Below, in pieces: positions 42,701-55,698 of a stretch of 64,000 nucleotides of DNA. The DNA comes from Adineta vaga (Eukaryota > Animalia > Rotifera). Where the stretch lies: positions 12,152,001-12,216,000 of the forward strand of contig CP075495.1 of the NCBI GenBank assembly GCA_021613535.1, given 5' to 3'. Within the stretch, counting starts at the first letter, position 1; each line of letters opens with the position of its first letter. The notes under the pieces were generated by a model. That model was not told the origin of the DNA. It searched no databases and saw only the letters and a program-made list of their open reading frames with translations. A program made the position numbers and the translations under genes.

Positions 42701-45700
42701 GTCGATATTATCGAACATAGCTGTCACTTTCAAGGTATAGCTCTCTATGGGGTCATCAAAAACGATTTATGCTTACTATATCATTCTCTATGTCATATAA
42801 ATAGTACTAATAGTTGTTGATTCTTGTCGATCATTGGATAATGTGAGGGGAGGGGAGGTTGATTTATCTGATTATATCTTTGGAATTGTTAAGGAATGTG
42901 TACAGTTAAAACTAGATTCACTTTACTTTCATCGAGAGATTTAAATATTTTTATTCGAATGAAATTTCTATAGAATCGTGAAGAAGATATTCATCATCTT
43001 GGAACATTAGTTCATGAATTACAAGCAAGTAATGATCGTAATTGTCAACATGCTCGAAGTCGTTTTGATAATCTATTTTCACTCTGGCAAACTTTATCGG
43101 ACAAAATTATTCGACGTCATACACTTGCTCAATCCTATTTAGATTTTCGATATCAAACTGAACAAGTAGATCTTATGCATAATATTGATGTTTTGTGTTA
43201 ATCAAATTTCTTTGTTAGTTATCAAATGGTTTAGCTAGTATTGATGATGTAATAAGTTTTCGTGATAATATTGATCTGTTACCTGAATCAGCTATAAAAC
43301 ATATTGAAGAAACATGGTCAAATCTTCGAAATCATTATCATGAAATAATCAATACAAGTAAACGAATTCGTCATGTTTTTCAAACGGTAAATAAATCAAT
43401 TGATTTTTGAGATTTCTATTCGATTATTTTATATCTATTAAAAGGAATCGGAACAAGTTGGTTTACATTCAAATGATATTCATCGAGCTATATTTGATCA
43501 ATGTGAACAAATCACGCGTAGATTTGAACAAATATCTTCAAGTTTTGATTTATGGATACGAAAATTAGCAAATTTAAAAGATTTTAAAAATCAATGGCAA
43601 CAATTCATTCATGATGCACGAAATGTATGTTCATATTTCTACATTGATTTCTAAATTTTATCAATCAATTTTCTAGACAATTGATAAAGTTCATCGATTT
43701 GAATTACATATAACTCCATCGTCCATAATTACAAATGATAATATCGAAAAATATCAACGTTTACTTAGTGATTTTGCCAATACTGTTCAAGTAGAGATAT
43801 AATTCTAAACTTTTGCGAGACTTAATTTTCTTTTTCAGGAAACTACTCGTGAAATTGAAGATCGTTTAAGAACAGCAGAACAATTAAATATGCGTGGTGA
43901 AACAAATGGACAAAAAGAACAAATTGTTAATGAACTTATCAAAGCACAACAACAATATTTATCGCGTATAAATCACACACGAAGTTTTCTACATACAATG
44001 ATAAATTATTATAAAAATACATCGAAAATTGAAACACAATTAATTACAAATACTCAAACATTATCATCCTTACCAAATGATATTCGTAGTACAGAAGTAT
44101 TAATAAGACAATATGAAACGGAACGAGACAAAATTATTCAAACTTATGAACAATGCCGACAAGATGCACTTCTGGTTGAAAATAAAGCTAAACAGGTTAG
44201 TAATTATTCTACAATGACTGATATAGATCACAGAATACAATAGATAAAGTATTCATATGATTTTTCAAAATGTTTTTGAAAACATATGAAATATGATGTC
44301 AGATGTTATATATTTTGTTTCTCTTATGAATCTTTCCAGTGTGGTGAAACATCATTTCTTAATGAGATCTATTTAAAACAAAATGAAATTGAATCGAAAT
44401 ATACTCAATGGCAACAGCAATGTGAAGAAAATCGATCGAAATTAAAACAACGTGTTGAATGGTGTCAATTTCTTGATGATAAATATCAAGTTTGTAATTG
44501 AAAACAAAAAACGAACAAAACAAAAAGAATTTAAGTTCTATTTTAAGATTGTGTATGAAATTGGTTCATTACAACAAGAAATCGATCGACGAAGACAACA
44601 TATTCCGCAGACATATCGAGAAGCAATTAATCGTGCAGAAACAATGCATGAAATCAATCGCCTATATGATGTTCGTATACAGATTTGAATTTATCAAATA
44701 AATATATATATATCTGCATTGATTGTAGAGTTGTGAACGAGCTGTTCGAAGATTTCGTACAACAGCTGAAATTATGCTTGAACAAAAACATCCCGAATAT
44801 GAACAAGTTCAATATGAAGTGAAAGATGTCGAGAAAAAATTATCCGTTGTTCATATATCTATTGGAGATTATCGAGAATATGTAAATAGAACAACTGCAT
44901 ATTATAAACTTATTGATGAGGTTTGTTCTATCAATTGATTTATAATCTTTCTCTGAAGCGAACAAGAATTTTTCTACTACTTAGATCGAACAATGGCATC
45001 ACCAATCAAGTGAATTATTAATTCAAATTGGACGAGATACAATGCAGTGTCAAACAGTTTCGGATACGAAAAATTTACTGGAGAAAGTTTCGATTGCTAT
45101 TGATCGAGGCAAAGAATATGAACAAGAAAAAATGAAATATATCAGTACATTAGCTGTAGAAGTTTTTGGTTCGTATTTATTGTAGGTATTAAAAAAAGAA
45201 TTTGTATTGGGATTGATTTTATAGGACCTGATGAAGGCCAACATCGTGTAAAACATGTAACTGCACGAAATATTGAATTAATCAATGCATTTATTAAAGT
45301 TCATCAAGATATATCCGTTGTTCAACGTAATTTTGAACATCGAACAGATTCTTTTCAAGAAACTAAACAACAATTACCTGTTTTTGTTAAACCATTAAAA
45401 GATATAACTATTAATCAAGGATCAAAGTAAACAATCGTTTCTTTTTCGAAACAAACTGTGTTTTTTTACATAAAATATATTTGTAGATTTATATTGGAAT
45501 GTATCATTGATGGAAATGAACCGATGACGGTCATTTGGTTGAAAGATAAAAGATTTATTTCTTCATTAACACATGATATACAATACGGACGTGGGCTTGC
45601 GACGTTAACACTTGTTGATGTACAAAAAGATGATTCGGCTTATTATACATGTCGAGCAAGTAATAATGTAGGCACAACAGAAAGTTCTGCTTATCTTATC

Positions 45701-48627
45701 GTTCGAGGTAATTATCAAAAACATTCTTTCTATACCAATCAAAGGCTATGAAAATCAAGTATTGTTCAACTGCAAAAGAAATCAAATATAGATATTCGAT
45801 GAGGATTGTAGATAACTAACGATAGTGTTAAACTAAACTTGATGAAAGCATCGTAATCAATGATCTATCGACGGGTTAATCCGTCATCTTACATAATCAA
45901 ATGTCTTATCAAAGATTTACAGTCACTAGTGAATAAAAAATCAGACGCAAATATCTATGATATCTTTATAGAAATCGAAACGAGAAGTTCACTATTATTC
46001 ACAATTGCTTTCCAAGGAAAAGCCGATATCAAATCAAAAAATCTATCCTTGCTGGTATAACATTCGAAGCGAAGTTTGTCAACGAATATCTATAATATAG
46101 AAACAACGTTAATGTTTGTCTTCTGATATCGTATGACAGACAGAGGGTAGGCTATGACAAATATTACCATCGACAAACAGTGAATGACATGAAACATCCC
46201 TGTTGTATTGTTTTGTAATATTACAGTAAACTAGTTTTTCAGCAATGTTTCAGAATAAGTTATCAGTTATTTTATTTAATGCAAAAACATATCTCGTTTC
46301 AGTTGAACCACCTACAATTATTATTGACAATAAATTTCAACAATGTCATGCTCCAACATTTATCGAACCTTTACGTTCACAAAATGCTTCCGTTGATTCT
46401 ACTGTTATTTTCGAATGTATTATCTATGGGGAACCAACTCCTCATGTTATATGGGAACGTGATGGTATTGAATTATGTGAAGGCGATTCTCTATCTGAAT
46501 CGACATCTAAACATCAACTGTATCGTTTAACACTTCGACATGTACAAATAAGTGATACTGGAAAATATGCTTGTAGAGCAAGAAATCTTAGCGGTGAAGC
46601 AACATCAGTAGCTGATCTTTGTGTTTATTCTAGTCAACAACAACATGGTAAATACGAAAGAGAAACATATGTAATATTCTATCAGAGAGCAACAGAAAAA
46701 AGACGAAGAAAAAGAAAAATACTAAAGGAAAAGAAAAGAAGATATTAGAGATACCCAATCGTTAGTTTGCTAAAAAAATTGATGATGTTGGTAATGTTGG
46801 CGCTTTCGTACATATAAATCGAGAAGGTCGAGAAAGGCAACGGTGGTAGTTTGCCATATTGTCTTTTTGTTGACTGTGACAGATAAGCAAGTTGTTCGGA
46901 TGGAAGATAAATGGATTTCTAAAGTAGAATTATTAGTTTTACTATCGGCAAAATTCAAGGATAAATTGAAAGCGTTTTTACAATTATCTAATATAACGTT
47001 TTTATTCCTTGTATTTTAGACTTCATTATGACATCGGAATACGAGCCACGTCTTACGGAACCATTAAAAGCATTATATATCAATACGAGAAGGACAACCA
47101 GTGAAACTTTCGTGTCGTTTTGATGCAAACCCTCGAGGGGAAATTCAATGGTTGAAAGATGGTATACCAATTGATTTTGATGAATTAGGAATTTCACGAG
47201 ATTTTACGGTTAGTAAACAGATTTTATTTTTGGAAAAATATTCTTTTGCTTGATTGATTAGGTTGTAAAAGAAATTGATTATACAGCGTTATTAATTAAA
47301 GAAGCATTTCCTGAAGATGCAGGCTCGTATACAGTTTTAATTCGGAATTCATTAGGCGAAGCAAGATCATTTACACAATTAACAGTAGAAGAATTTTTTT
47401 GTCGAACACCGTAAATTATAACATGATTAACCAGAAACAAAATTTCTATTATTTCATTGTCATTTTTCTAGTGAATCAGAAATGTCCGATACGCCATGTA
47501 AACCTATTTTCGTACAACCACTTCTTGATACAATGATTAACGAAGGACAAAAACTTAAATTACATGCAGCAATCAATGCTCATCCTGAACCTGAAGTAAC
47601 GAATTTTCTCAAATCATATCATTTTATTCTTTTTTCTTCTTCTAAAGATTATTTGGTATTGTAATAATATTCCTTTAAAAAATACACGCGATGTCACATT
47701 AACATTCGATGGACAATTGTGTACATTAGTTAAAGATCGATGTGAAAAAGAAAATGATAGTGGATTCTATCGTATAACGGCTGTCAATTCCATGGGACAA
47801 GCTGAATCCATTTGTAAAGTTACTATTCAATCGAAAGATACACCACATTTTCGTGAACGTTTACAATCTGTTCGTTCAGCACCAATCATTCATCAAGCAT
47901 TCAAAGATCAAACAATGAATGAAGGTGATCGTATTCTTTTTCAAGTAAGAGTAACTGGTCAACCAAAACCACAGATTGTATGGTATAAAGATAATCAACC
48001 ATTAAGAAATACTCATGACCACAAAGTATGTTTTATAGAATGAAGAAAACAATCGACAATTCTTTTTTTTTTATCTAGATTCGAAATCAAGATGATACAT
48101 ATACACTTGAAATACCAGAACTATTTCTTGATGATGCTGGCATATATATGGTAAAAGCGATAAATATTGAAGGAGAAGCGAAATGTGAAGGCATCTAACT
48201 ATTCTATCAACGACACATCCAATTCCAGTTGATACCGAGCAAATCAATATTCAATCAACTGGTTTTCCACCTGAATTTCTTCAACTATTTACTGATCAAC
48301 AAACACCAGTAAATTCAACAATCAAATTTGAAGCACGATTGATTGGTACACAACCATTAAATGTAAAAACAAAACTAGAACTATGTTGTCGTCATGTAAT
48401 TCTTTATTGATTTTCTTTAAGATTTACTGGTTATTCAATGGAGAACCCATAAAGAATTTATCAAATAATCAACGTTATCAACAACAAATTTTGAATGATA
48501 CATATTCATTAATTATACATGATGTTCAATACGAAGATGCAGGAAGATTTACTTTAAATGCTGAAAATTCATGGGGAAAAGCAACATGTACTGCACAATT
48601 ATTCATTCCACCAACTTTGATGTCTGG
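39781..48627 (+). CDS. CCDC141: CCDC141/zormin-like spectrin-repeat protein continuing into six titin-type I-set Ig domains (5' part of a large sarcomeric-type gene); apparent frameshift near 47078
   Basis: TTTISTIAVQAGEARIVLVVLR|...EPDLLDFGSNLDDT...HEELISKLK|...VYEAMARSLGEAWKEL closely follows the recalled CCDC141 N-terminus. Spectrin-like helical repeats run to ~45350. Six Ig domains (PxFxxPL...WxKDG...DxGxYxxxAxNxxG) lie between ~45375 and 48610. Donor G|gtaag at 48627/48628. Confidence 0.85.
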
Positions 48628-50202
48628 TAAGATTTTGTTCTTATATAAATAGAATATTTCAATTTCATTTCTATAAATCATTTCTTTGCATCTAATTGCT
48701 TTTCATAAAGACAGTATTCATTGATAACAAATAGAGTACATTATCGGACAATACAATTGATTCAAAATATTTTGATATAATACTGCTTGTAATCCAGCTA
48801 TTAATATGTCTGATTTGAACCAATAATGCACATCATTAGCTAACATCTAATTGGTATCAAACACATTTTTTCCTTGACAATTACTTGATTGTTCTCTTGA
48901 AACATCTTTCATCATCATTTGATTTCCTTGAGAAAAGGGAGAAAAGAGAGATAAAGAAATAGTAACGTTACATATCTATCCTTCTTCTTCTTCTTCTTTT
49001 TCTTCTCTTTCTGACTTGATCTTGATGTCGTCAACAAATGTCGTTTGTCCTCCTACGAATTTCTCTTGATCTGATGAATGTTAGCCAACGTTTTTCTTAC
49101 TTTCTTTTCTGTCATTAGTAACGAACAGAAAGATAACAACTCATTGCTATATATCGAGCTTGATACCATAGTCGGACGTGTTAAGAGCTATTCTTGTTGC
49201 TGCAATAACTGAGCAAAGAAAAAATATATAAACGATCGACACGATAAATGAAGAGGATAACAGAGAAGAAAAGAAAGAAAGAAAAAAAAAGAACTTCGAT
49301 GATATATATCCATCTGTAAGCCATTTGTTGTTCTCTATAGCTTCAGCTTATAGAACACACCGTATGAGATAATGATTGATTCGGAAAAAAAAGAAAACAT
49401 AACCTACAGAGACAACGAATACGAGGATCATAGAAAGTGAGAATATAGTTCTCTTGCCAATGATAGAAGAGAAAAGACTTCTAATAGATTGTTGTACCGT
49501 CAGTTGCTTATGTTGTCATATCATAATGAGAAGTGATGATCTGTTTGTCTCATTTTTCTTTTTGATGTTTATTGTGTAAATCTTCCATCTAAGGTCATCT
49601 TTCTATCTTTTTCGACATCACTTGTGGAAGTGGGAACAGTTATACATCAAATTATTAGTTGTGAGAATGTCATTTGCAGAGGTGCATATAAAAACCAAAA
49701 TAGCCTAGATTCCCATCTGTTTTCTTCTGTCGTCGAATCTTTTCTCTCTTCTTCTCCTATTGTAGTAGGTCTACAGATAAGATTAAACCTGTTTGGTATT
49801 GAATGCATCCATCTATATTGCATGTGTTTGTATCTGAATGTGTGTGTGTGTCTGTGTGTATATGTGCGCGTGCGCGTTCGTTTGTGGATTGTTGCTTAAT
49901 GCTCGCTTTCAGCACTATCGCTGATGTACTCTCTCGTATGCGGTTGTTGAGGAGAAAAAAGAAGAAGAAAGATTAATCTGAAGAATATATATATATATAT
50001 TCGCCTACAAAATCTATCGTCTACTCTATATCTATAACAAAGAAAAAGTTTGTTTTTTTACTGAAACGACATTGAATACTGTCTCAGCGTCGCATTCATA
50101 TATATACATATCTATCTAGCTATCTGTCTATCTATATTCTTATATACATCTCTAGACAACATAATAAATTTTATAACTGTCTCTGTGTATCTTCATCCGA
50201 AG

Positions 50203-53200
50203 GTACGGAAAGTAATAGCAACATGTTGTCCGATTTACTTGTCAAAATGTCACCTTCACCACCTTCAAATCGAAAACGACATATGGAAACAAGCCAACAA
50301 CAATACCAACATCATCAACAAGCAGCAGCATCATCATCGAATACACGTTCATTCGAAAAAGAATATGAACATCGACGACATTCATCAATTAGTTCATCGA
50401 ATGGTAATAAACGTTATCGTCCATTACAATCTTCACTCGACCGAACACAATCAATGTCACGTGATGAAAACTATTGTCGTCGACGACAGTATCCGAAATC
50501 GATCGATGTCTTTATTCCATATGATCTTCTTGAAAAAGAAAAAAATCAACAAGAAACGAAATCCACTACTATGACACGAAGTTATGAGTATGAAGTTGAA
50601 CATAAACGACGTTCATCATCTATCGGTAGTAAACAACATCGAAAGACCGATTTCGATACTGAAGAAGAATATTTACGTTGTTTACGTGATATAACTGATG
50701 AATACGAGAAAAATAAACGACAAAAGAAATCAGTTGATGAGCGAAAGAAAAAAACGATTATTGATACTCAAGAAGAAATTGAAACTATCGAAGAAATCTT
50801 TCGTCAACGACCACCGCCGCCGCCAAAACCAGAAGCAATTACAACAACTACAACAACAACGGAAGAAATTATACAACGATCGGCTTATCAAATGCCACCA
50901 TTACCACCAACGACAACAACAGCAACATCATCATACAATCGTGTGAATCAATTTGAAAAACATTTTACTGATAATTTCTCACTTCGTCCACATCATGAAC
51001 AACAAACGACAATTTCATATTCAACACAAAATGATGGTGGACAACGTTTAACTGCTTCTCAACGTTCATTTTCTGAAGAATTACTTTTTAAACGTTTAAT
51101 ACCAACGGCTAAACAATTGTATAACACAACACCATCAGCAACGACAAGTGAAGCTGGTTTTGCAACAAGTGAAGATGATTTAACAACAATGGAATATCGT
51201 CTTAAACGTAAAGAACGTTTAAAACCCATACGTATACATTCATCAACGAGCTCGATTCCAGGTGAAACAAGTATTAAATATGTTCGAACTGAACGTCAAC
51301 CTGTCGAACTTCTTGTACCTAAACCACAAGTAATAACAACACAAGGTGAACATTCAACTACAGTTGTGAAAGATGTTCGACGTTCAACAGGAAAAGTTAC
51401 TACTAATCTTCGTCAACAACATCAACGCACAACTATTGAAGGTGAACATGAATTACGTATTATTAAAGAACCTATTACATCTGGACAAAACTTACCATTC
51501 GAATTTACTATTCCAAAACCAGTTGACACTTTACCAGCTGAACATTCATCAACATTTGTTGTTGAATCAAAGAAAGGTGGTCGTTTTCAAACATTAGATG
51601 TGAGCAGTGCATTAACACGTGAACATACACTGACAGGTGAACATGAACTTCGTGTTATATCTGAACCTATATCAACTGGTTTACGTAATAAAGCAGTTGA
51701 ATTATTATTTCCAAAACCACCCTTACCACCAGCACCTAGTCAACATTCATCGACAGTCGTTAAACAAACGCGTGCACTACCATCAAGTTTGATTATTGAT
51801 AATATTCAAACAACTTTGAAAGGCGAACATGAACTACGTCTAGTCGATAAACCCATACAATCAGGAGCAATTGATAGTGTCGAATTAATTGTACCAAAAA
51901 GTGTGACAGAAATAGCTGAACATACAACGACAATTATCACAGAAACTCAACCACAACGGCGTGTTTTAGAAATAACTGGTAGTGGAAGAAAAATGGAAAG
52001 TGAACATGAAACAAAATTTTTTCGTGATTCTGTTCGTGTTGAAGAAGAAGTTGAAGTTCGTTTACCTAAACCACAAATTGAACGTGCTGAACATACGACA
52101 ACCATAGTTAAACATAGTCGTGGAAAAGGACCCATTATTGAAGTTGATACAACACATCGACGAATTGAAGGTGAACATGAAACACGATTTGTCGAAGAAT
52201 CTATTGAAGCAAAAGCTGATTCAATGCAATTATTAATTTCTAAACCACAAATACCAGCTGAACACAGTACAACAATTGTAAAAGAACAACGTGGTAAATC
52301 ACAAATATATTCTATTGATAGAACAAAACCAATTCCTGGTAAGAATTCAAATATAATCAATGAATCTTGTTGTATAGATTCTCTCGTGTTTTGTTTTCTG
52401 TAAATAGGTGAACATGAAACGAAATATTACGAACAACCGGTTGAAGCATTTGGTGAAATGCATGTTCTATTTCCTAAACATCAACCTGTCATTGGACCTC
52501 TCGAAGGTGAACATATGTCAACATTAGTTAAACAAGTTCATGCAAGACAAATTGTCTATGATGATCGTTTACGAGAGATACCTGGTGAACATATTTTAAC
52601 AGTAATCGATAGTTCAAATACGAAACTAGATCGTGGTGTTGAAAGTGAAGTAGAATTTATTGTTCCGAAAACGCAAAGAAAACGTACCGAAGAACATTCG
52701 ACAACTGTTTTAAAAAATCTTGCTCATCGAGGATTAAGTTCGAGTGATTATGATGAAGTATTTGCTTCATCAGCTGGTGAAGAAGAAAATATTCGCCGCG
52801 GATATTATCGTTATGATGAAGAAGAAGAAAGTGGTTGGACTAGTGCAGGTGAACATACAACAACTTATGTAAAACAAGCACGAGCAAAATTTGAACCTGT
52901 TGAACTCGTCGTAGATAAACCAAGAATAATGCCAAGTGTATCAACATTAATTGCTGATATACAGGGACCTGCTCAAATCACATCAATAAGACCAACAACA
53001 ATTGTTGTTCCAGAAGATAGTTCTGTTAAATTAAATATGGATTTAAATAGTCAATATTTTGATGAACAATACGATGAAATGGAATTAGTTCTAGAAAAAC
53101 CACTTGTTCGTGATAGTTCAACGAAATTATTAGCTAGTGTACAACCTGGTCTTGAAATAAAATCCTTTCGACCAACAACCGATTTACAACAACAAATGAA

Positions 53201-55698
53201 AACAATGGAAGAAAGTAGTTCATCGTTAACTATGCAAATGCAACAAGCAGAAGAAGAAGAAGCTTTAGAACTTTGTATTCGTAAGCCGCATATTCAAGAT
53301 AGTTCAAGTGTTGTAATCGCTAATATACAACCTGAATTAGGTATACAAGGACAACTGAAACCTAGTCTATATATTCCACCACCCATTGAAGAATCAAGTA
53401 CAGCACTAACAATGGAATTAAATGCTGATCAATCAATAGCACCATTTGAATTAATTATACCACGTTTTGGTATTGAATCGTCAACAAGTACAGTTCTTGC
53501 TCAAGTCGCACCAGCTATGGCTGGTATTCGTGCAAAAGTTGATATACCAAAAGTAGAAAAATCGACTTCAAAATTTGTTCTAGAACAAAGAAAACGTTTG
53601 GATGAAGAAGTTGAATTGATTATGCCAAAACCAAAACGTATTGAATCAAGTACGAGTATAATGATTGCTGATGTCGAAGCTAAACTTGAAACAAAACAAA
53701 TACGTCCTAGTCAATATCAACCAGAAACTTCGACATCAACATTTTATCTCGATCAAACGACACCTGAAGTCATACCTGAACCAGTTGAAATACGTATGAG
53801 ACAACCAATACTTGGTGATAGTTCAACAACATTAATTGCTAATGTTAAAGCAACATTAGATACACAACAAATTAAAGTTCTTGGAAATCCATATCAACCG
53901 ATGGGAGAAAGTTCTTCTGCTCTAACAATTGATACCGGTTCTAACCAAGTTCAACCATCAGAAGTTGAACTTATTCTACCGCGTCCACACGTACAAGAGA
54001 GTACATCCGTTGTTTTAGCTGATGTTCGTCAGACATTAGATACATCACAAACACATGTTGTAATTCCACCACCTCTACAGTATCCTGTTAAGTCGAGTAG
54101 TGAACTTATTGTTCAACATGATGATATACAAATAGCACCTGTAGAATTACATTTACATCGTCAACCTAGTTCACATACACTTGTGGCTAAATTAGATGAT
54201 ACACGAACAAGAACCAAAGATATGTATATTTTAGGTTCTGGAAATACTCAACAACAACAATATGGTTATCAAACGAGAGATAGTTCATCGACATTATATA
54301 CTGATTTGAATAGACCAATGGATTCAAGATATAATATTGATAATCAAAGAGTATCAACAATGTCCGAACAACAACGACGAGAAATGAGTTCAAGAATGAC
54401 AACAAAAGAACGAACGATGACGACTACCAGCGGTGGTGCTGGTGGAATATCCGACAATAGTTCAACTTTTATAACAGGTAATTTATAATTAAAGTTCATA
54501 TCAAAATTTATTACTGTACTTATATCTCTATAGAAATTGAACCACGTCAATTAGAACCGGTAGAATTTATTGTATCAGGTAGTGCTACTGGAGTGAATAA
54601 TAGACTTGAACAATATTCAAATGGTAGTACAAATAATTTTGCAACAACATCGACTACAACAAAACGAACAATGAGTTCTTCTGAAAACACAAATTATTAT
54701 GGAAAAACCAATATTGATTCTAATCAAAATTATGCACCCTATTTTATTTCATCTCTACATGATCAAACTGTACGAGAAGGAGAATCTATACTTTTTGAAA
54801 TTGTTGTATCAGGTATTGAATATCTTCAAAATCATATTCAATCAATGTTTTTATTCGTTTTTGTTTGATGTTTTTTAGCTTTACCATTAGCAGAAATTAT
54901 CTGGGATAAAGATGGTGAAATCATTAGTATTGATTCATCGTTTCGTATCGATTATTATAGTGATGGTCGAGCAACATTATATATTCCTGAGACATTCATC
55001 GATGATCAAGGTTATTATACATGTACGGCAAGAAATTCATTAGGAACATGTCGAAGTACTGCACGTCTAACAATTAAATGTAATTATTAAAATTAACAAC
55101 ATAAGCATTTGTTTTATTATATTCTATTTCAGCCACCAATGAACGAATATCTCCAACACGTCGTCATGTGAATACCTCTGCAATCTCTTCAAAAGTTCAA
55201 TTTCAACGACAAACAAGTAATTCAAGATCACCATCAGCATCCTATCGAGTTTATGCTCATTCAGAACCATCTGCAACAATATATCAAGAAAGTCCATCAA
55301 CAGTCGTAACACAAGTAACTGAAGAAACTCAAGTTATACAAATTCCTCCACAAAAACCTCAAACTCAGCAATTAAATGAAGTTACTTATACAGTACAAGG
55401 AAAACAACCAAAAATTGAACCTGTTGCATTTCAAGTCTCAACAATAAAAGAAAATATTAAACCAAATGTGCCTAGTAATAATACAAATGATCCAAATCCA
55501 TTTAAAATTTTTGGTGCAAAACTACGTAGTAGACCACTTCAAGGCATTGTTCCATCCTATGATGATCAACCGACGACAAACGCTTCTCAACAAGGACAAC
55601 AGACAACTTCTTCAAATTTCAATCAATATCAACAAACTTCGTCTCAGCAACCCTTTTCTTCTACACAATCACAATTTTCTCGAGCACATCAATACTAA
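50203..55698 (+). CDS. Low-complexity + 16-unit repeat region + one Ig domain + Q/S/T-rich tail; probably the 3' part of the CCDC141/titin-like gene (joined product ~3,500 aa), possibly also transcribed separately from ATG 50223
   Basis: ORFs 50223-52403 and 52458-54488 join via intron 52339-52407. An Ig domain (APYFISSLHDQTVREGESILFE...WDKDGE...DDQGYYTCTARNSLG) spans ~54730-55078. Stop at 55696-55698. A phase-1 acceptor (ccgaag|GT at 50202/50203) is in frame with the donor at 48628. Confidence 0.75.
51261..54195 (+). repeat. Protein-level tandem array: 8 His-containing units followed by 8 His-poor units of ~60 aa
   Basis: Block A repeats GEHE(L/T)...VEL.(V/F)PKP...EH(S/T)TT(V/I)VK. Block B repeats ESSS.L.M...VEL...KP...DSST.L.A.V. 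The repeat is visible in translation and not obvious at DNA level. Confidence 0.85.
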
